The translations under genes were made by a program, and so were the position numbers. Below are positions 60,501 through 64,000 of a stretch of DNA of 64,000 nucleotides, in pieces; the stretch's first letter is position 1, and each line of letters starts with the position of its first letter. The stretch spans positions 42,449-106,448 of the forward strand of contig MQRK01246435.1 of NCBI GenBank assembly GCA_001938485.1, read 5' to 3'. This stretch comes from Girardia tigrina (Eukaryota). The notes under the pieces are model-generated. The model was not told the origin of the DNA and ran no database searches. It worked only from the letters and a program-made list of their open reading frames with translations.

Positions 60501-61599
60501 CTCGATAAAACTCCAAAGATAAAAAAATGAGACAAGGTAATTTAAATCGATTTATCTATTTTATTTTCAAATTTTCATATTACAATATTTCTGAAACATT
60601 CAAACAAATTTATTCAACTAATTTAATTTTTTGAAAATTGTTTTTTTTACATTTTTTAATCTTTGTAAAAAACAATTAACATTAATTTTCACAAAATTTC
60701 ACACATTTCATGGTAAAAAAGAAAACACAAAAAAAAACATTTAAATATCACAAAAAAGATTTTGTTTCTATTTTTCTGGCGAATGCGATAAAAGAGAACG
60801 CGGAATCCATTCAATATATTCATATATATATATAATTAATTGGTAACTATATAGTAACNNNNNNNNNNNNNNNNNNNNNNNNNNNNNNNNNNNNNNNNNN
60901 NNNNNNNNNNNNNNNNNNNNNNNNNNNNNNNNNNNNNNNNNNNNNNNNNNNNNNNNNNNNNNNNNNNNNNNNNNNNNNNNNNNNNNNNNNNNNNNNNNNN
61001 NNNNNNNNNNNNNNNNNNNTTATTAAATTCTTTGTAAAGTTTAAAAGCAAAACAACATTTATTATTTTTAATATAAGTTTTTCTAAAATGGCAATTACTT
61101 TTTCACGTTAATATTTTTTATCATTCTATGATTTTATGAAGTAGTATGATGTATAATAAATTGTATATGATATTAAATATTATATATTTTTGAAAACAAA
61201 TTAAAAGAAGTTACATTTCAAAGGTTTCATTCAGAATTTATATTTTTGAATTTATCCTAACAAAATACAAAATAATTTGAGAAACTTTATTTTAATAATT
61301 CAATTTTAACAATTTTCGTCACTTTAAGAAACTTTAAATTTAATTCATCGTATTAAAATTAATAATAATCAATAATAATATTATTTTCAGTAATACCGGA
61401 TGTAAATGTCCGTTCTAAAACGTTGGAAATATTTAGTAATATTTTATTATTATTATTATTATTAATAATAATATTATTATTTTTATTTTTATATAAAATT
61501 TAATTATAAAGTAATTTTCATTAATTAAAATTTAGTTTATTTAATAACTATTTTGATTGTCTGTTCAAATATTTTTGTTCATCAAACTCTTATGTATCA

Positions 61600-62110
61600 G
61601 TTTTCCTAATGGCATTTAATTGACTTTTTTCTGGTCAGTCAATTTGGAAAGTCGGCTGTAGTTTTACCTGTGGTTCTATAGAATACTACGTTCTATAAAA
61701 TACTCAAATAAATCGAAATCGATTCGTGGATTGCAAGCTTAGCTAGTTTCTAAATTTATTGTCGCAGGTGTAAAAACTCGTTCGCGATAAATCATGAGCA
61801 CTTTGTGATGGATCCGACTTAATGGTTACTTTGTCGTCATTGTCTACATGCGTTCCTGGGCGACCCCGAGACTCATTAATGACATTAAAATTACCTTTCA
61901 TAAATTTTCAGAACCAATTTGAGACTGTCTGATGCGTACTAGCATTATATCCGAACACACATGTTTTCTGATGCTGACATTCCATTTTAAAAATACTGAT
62001 TATTAAAACAAGTTATCATTAATTTTAATTAATTTTTATTGCTGTGTTCAATAGCTGATCAATCAATGTTAAGTCATTGTCAAAATTATAACTATTTGAA
62101 TTTATGGAAA
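61600..62110 (-). mobile_element. Degenerate mariner 5' fragment
   Basis: Shares TGTGATGGATCCGACT and CGACCCCGAGACTC with 52280-52360. Confidence 0.65.
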
Positions 62111-63159
62111 TCATGTTACAATTTTCATACTAGAATAACCTCTAAATCAACTATTGAAATAAAATTTTTCGCATGAAACATTTCTATTCGGACTGAATAT
62201 TTTCTGATTCTACCGTGCTTCCATTGTAGCACCGCACCGAAACACATATTAAAATGCTCCTCTTAATCAGCTGATCATTTTTCCCCTCAACGAAATTTTG
62301 ACTCTGAATCGATTCAATTGCCATAAATTTCGTGTTTGTTAATCGTTTTTAGGGGAATTTTATTCGCGCAAAACATTGTTTTTTTTAAAAAAAAGAATTT
62401 TATGATTTTCTAGTTACTGATGAAAGTTAAACCACGTTTGTATATAATATTATTTATTTTAATGGGTTTTAACATTTGAATTTATTCATAAAAGAAAATA
62501 TTATTTTCAAGTACATTTTACTAAAATTAGTTTTGTTCCTATTGTGTATTATAATATAGTTAGCTAATTATAAATTATGTAAGGTTGTTTGTTTCCAAAA
62601 TAAATTATTAATTGAATTCTTTTCAAGTTTGAAAAATGTCAAGGATTAGAATAACAAAATAATAACAATTACGTTAATAGTTTCTTTTGTGTTAGTTTTA
62701 TTTATCTACTTTTATTCAAAAGGTGGTACCAAAATTTTAAGTGACACTTACTATCCATATTTGATATCGGTGTTTTTATGAGTTTATTAACGATTTTTAT
62801 AGTAATCTACTACTGGTAAATTCTTATATAAATGTATTTAAAAAGAAGTATAATGCAATTAGCAAAAGAGTCTTTTAGCATCGAAACACTGAAGTAAACT
62901 TCTCAAAGCAGAAGAATAACTTAATTCCTCTTTTCATCCGAAATCGAGAGCTATAATAATATCTTTACAAAAGGGCACAGAAAATCATCCTTTAAAAGGA
63001 ATGAGACGCATGTTTCGAGTGTCAATTGAAGAAAAAAACCTTATGATAAAATATTGATGAGTCTTTTTCTAATTAAAAAAATTAAGAAATAAATAAATAA
63101 ATTTTATTTGGAATAATTATAGTAACTTTACAAAAATATCAGAGAAACTAATATAAATA

Positions 63160-64000
63160 TTAGGTTGGTCGAAAAATAATGGCGGTTTTTGAGCTTTATA
63201 CTTTGTTTATCTACTTTGATATGTATATAAGTTTAAATGCATTAGTGTTAGATATTATTTGAAATCTTATGCCTAGCTGTATATTCCTATAGTCATTATT
63301 AACATATTGTTGTTATTTTTTAGAATATATACTAAATATATACGGTGCTAAATTAATAATGGATAAAATTTAAATTCGAGTAATTTTCTTGTACGAATTT
63401 AAACTGGGTCGTAAAGTAGCAGAAACGGCTCGTAATATCAATAAAGTGTTTGGCAAGGGAACAGCTTCTGAGCGCACAGTGCAACGATGGTTCCGAAAAT
63501 TTTCTGATGGAGATGAAAACCTTGAAGATGAAGAAGNNNNNNNNNNNNNNNNNNNNNNNNNNNNNNNNNNNNNNNNNNNNNNNNNNNNNNNNNNNNNNNN
63601 NNNNNNACTTGCAGATGGGTTGGGCATTAGTCATTCAACAGTCCTGGATTATTTAAAACAACTTGGAAAAATCAAGAAACTTGATAAATGGGTTCCACAT
63701 GATTTGAATGAAAATCAAAAGAACCAACGCTATGAAATTTGTTATGCCAATCATCTTCGCAATAAAAATGATCAATTTCTTGATCGTATTGTTACCTGTG
63801 AAGAGAAATGGACCCTGTATGATAACCGACGTCGATCTGCACAGTGGTTGGACAAAGATGAAGTACCGAAACACTTTCCAAAACCGAAACTAACACCCCG
63901 TAAGGTTATGGTGACAGTTTGGTGGTGTGATGCTGGAATCATCCACTATAGTTTCTTGAATCCAGGTGAAACAATCACAGTGGAGAGGTACTGTTATGAA
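63160..64000 (+). mobile_element. mariner transposon (runs off the window), same family as 45646-46920
   Basis: TA|TTAGGTTGGTCGAAAAATAATGGCGG TIR; MDKI..RVIFLYEFKLG, WVPHDL; highly similar to the reverse complement of about 46100-46920. Confidence 0.95.

Noticed and set aside
1-64000. CRISPR arrays, operons, rRNA or tRNA genes
   Set aside because: None seen. The sequence is spliceosomal-intron eukaryotic DNA with no repeat-spacer periodicity.

Overview
Very AT-rich metazoan DNA from a gapped short-read scaffold. Composition, ~45-bp introns and the mariner/Penelope load resemble a triclad flatworm, but that is inference only. The window is spanned by the 3' nine exons of one minus-strand KIF26/kinesin-11 (vab-8-like) gene (1627-59255, ~1210 codons, every splice phase consistent; most of the motor lies outside the window). 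Its introns hold decayed mobile DNA: about 10 Penelope-like (RT + GIY-YIG) pieces, about 10 mariner copies, Tc1, pogo, MULE, hAT/piggyBac/Helentron-type MITEs and Ty3/gypsy relics. The main unannotated signals are four. (1) About a dozen minimal type-I hammerhead ribozyme motifs in Penelope pseudo-LTRs, with covarying stem II and four different palindromic stem III hexamers. (2) Penelope insertions with inverted termini and 12-14 bp TSDs. (3) An unclassified, deeply diverged ~450-500 bp element in five copies with a fixed TG(T/A)GAGG start, a YTCTCC-N4-CRGATGG core and, in some copies, a Cys-rich mini-ORF. (4) A GC-rich island at ~60 kb that is either a motor-less alternative first exon or a captured pseudogene.
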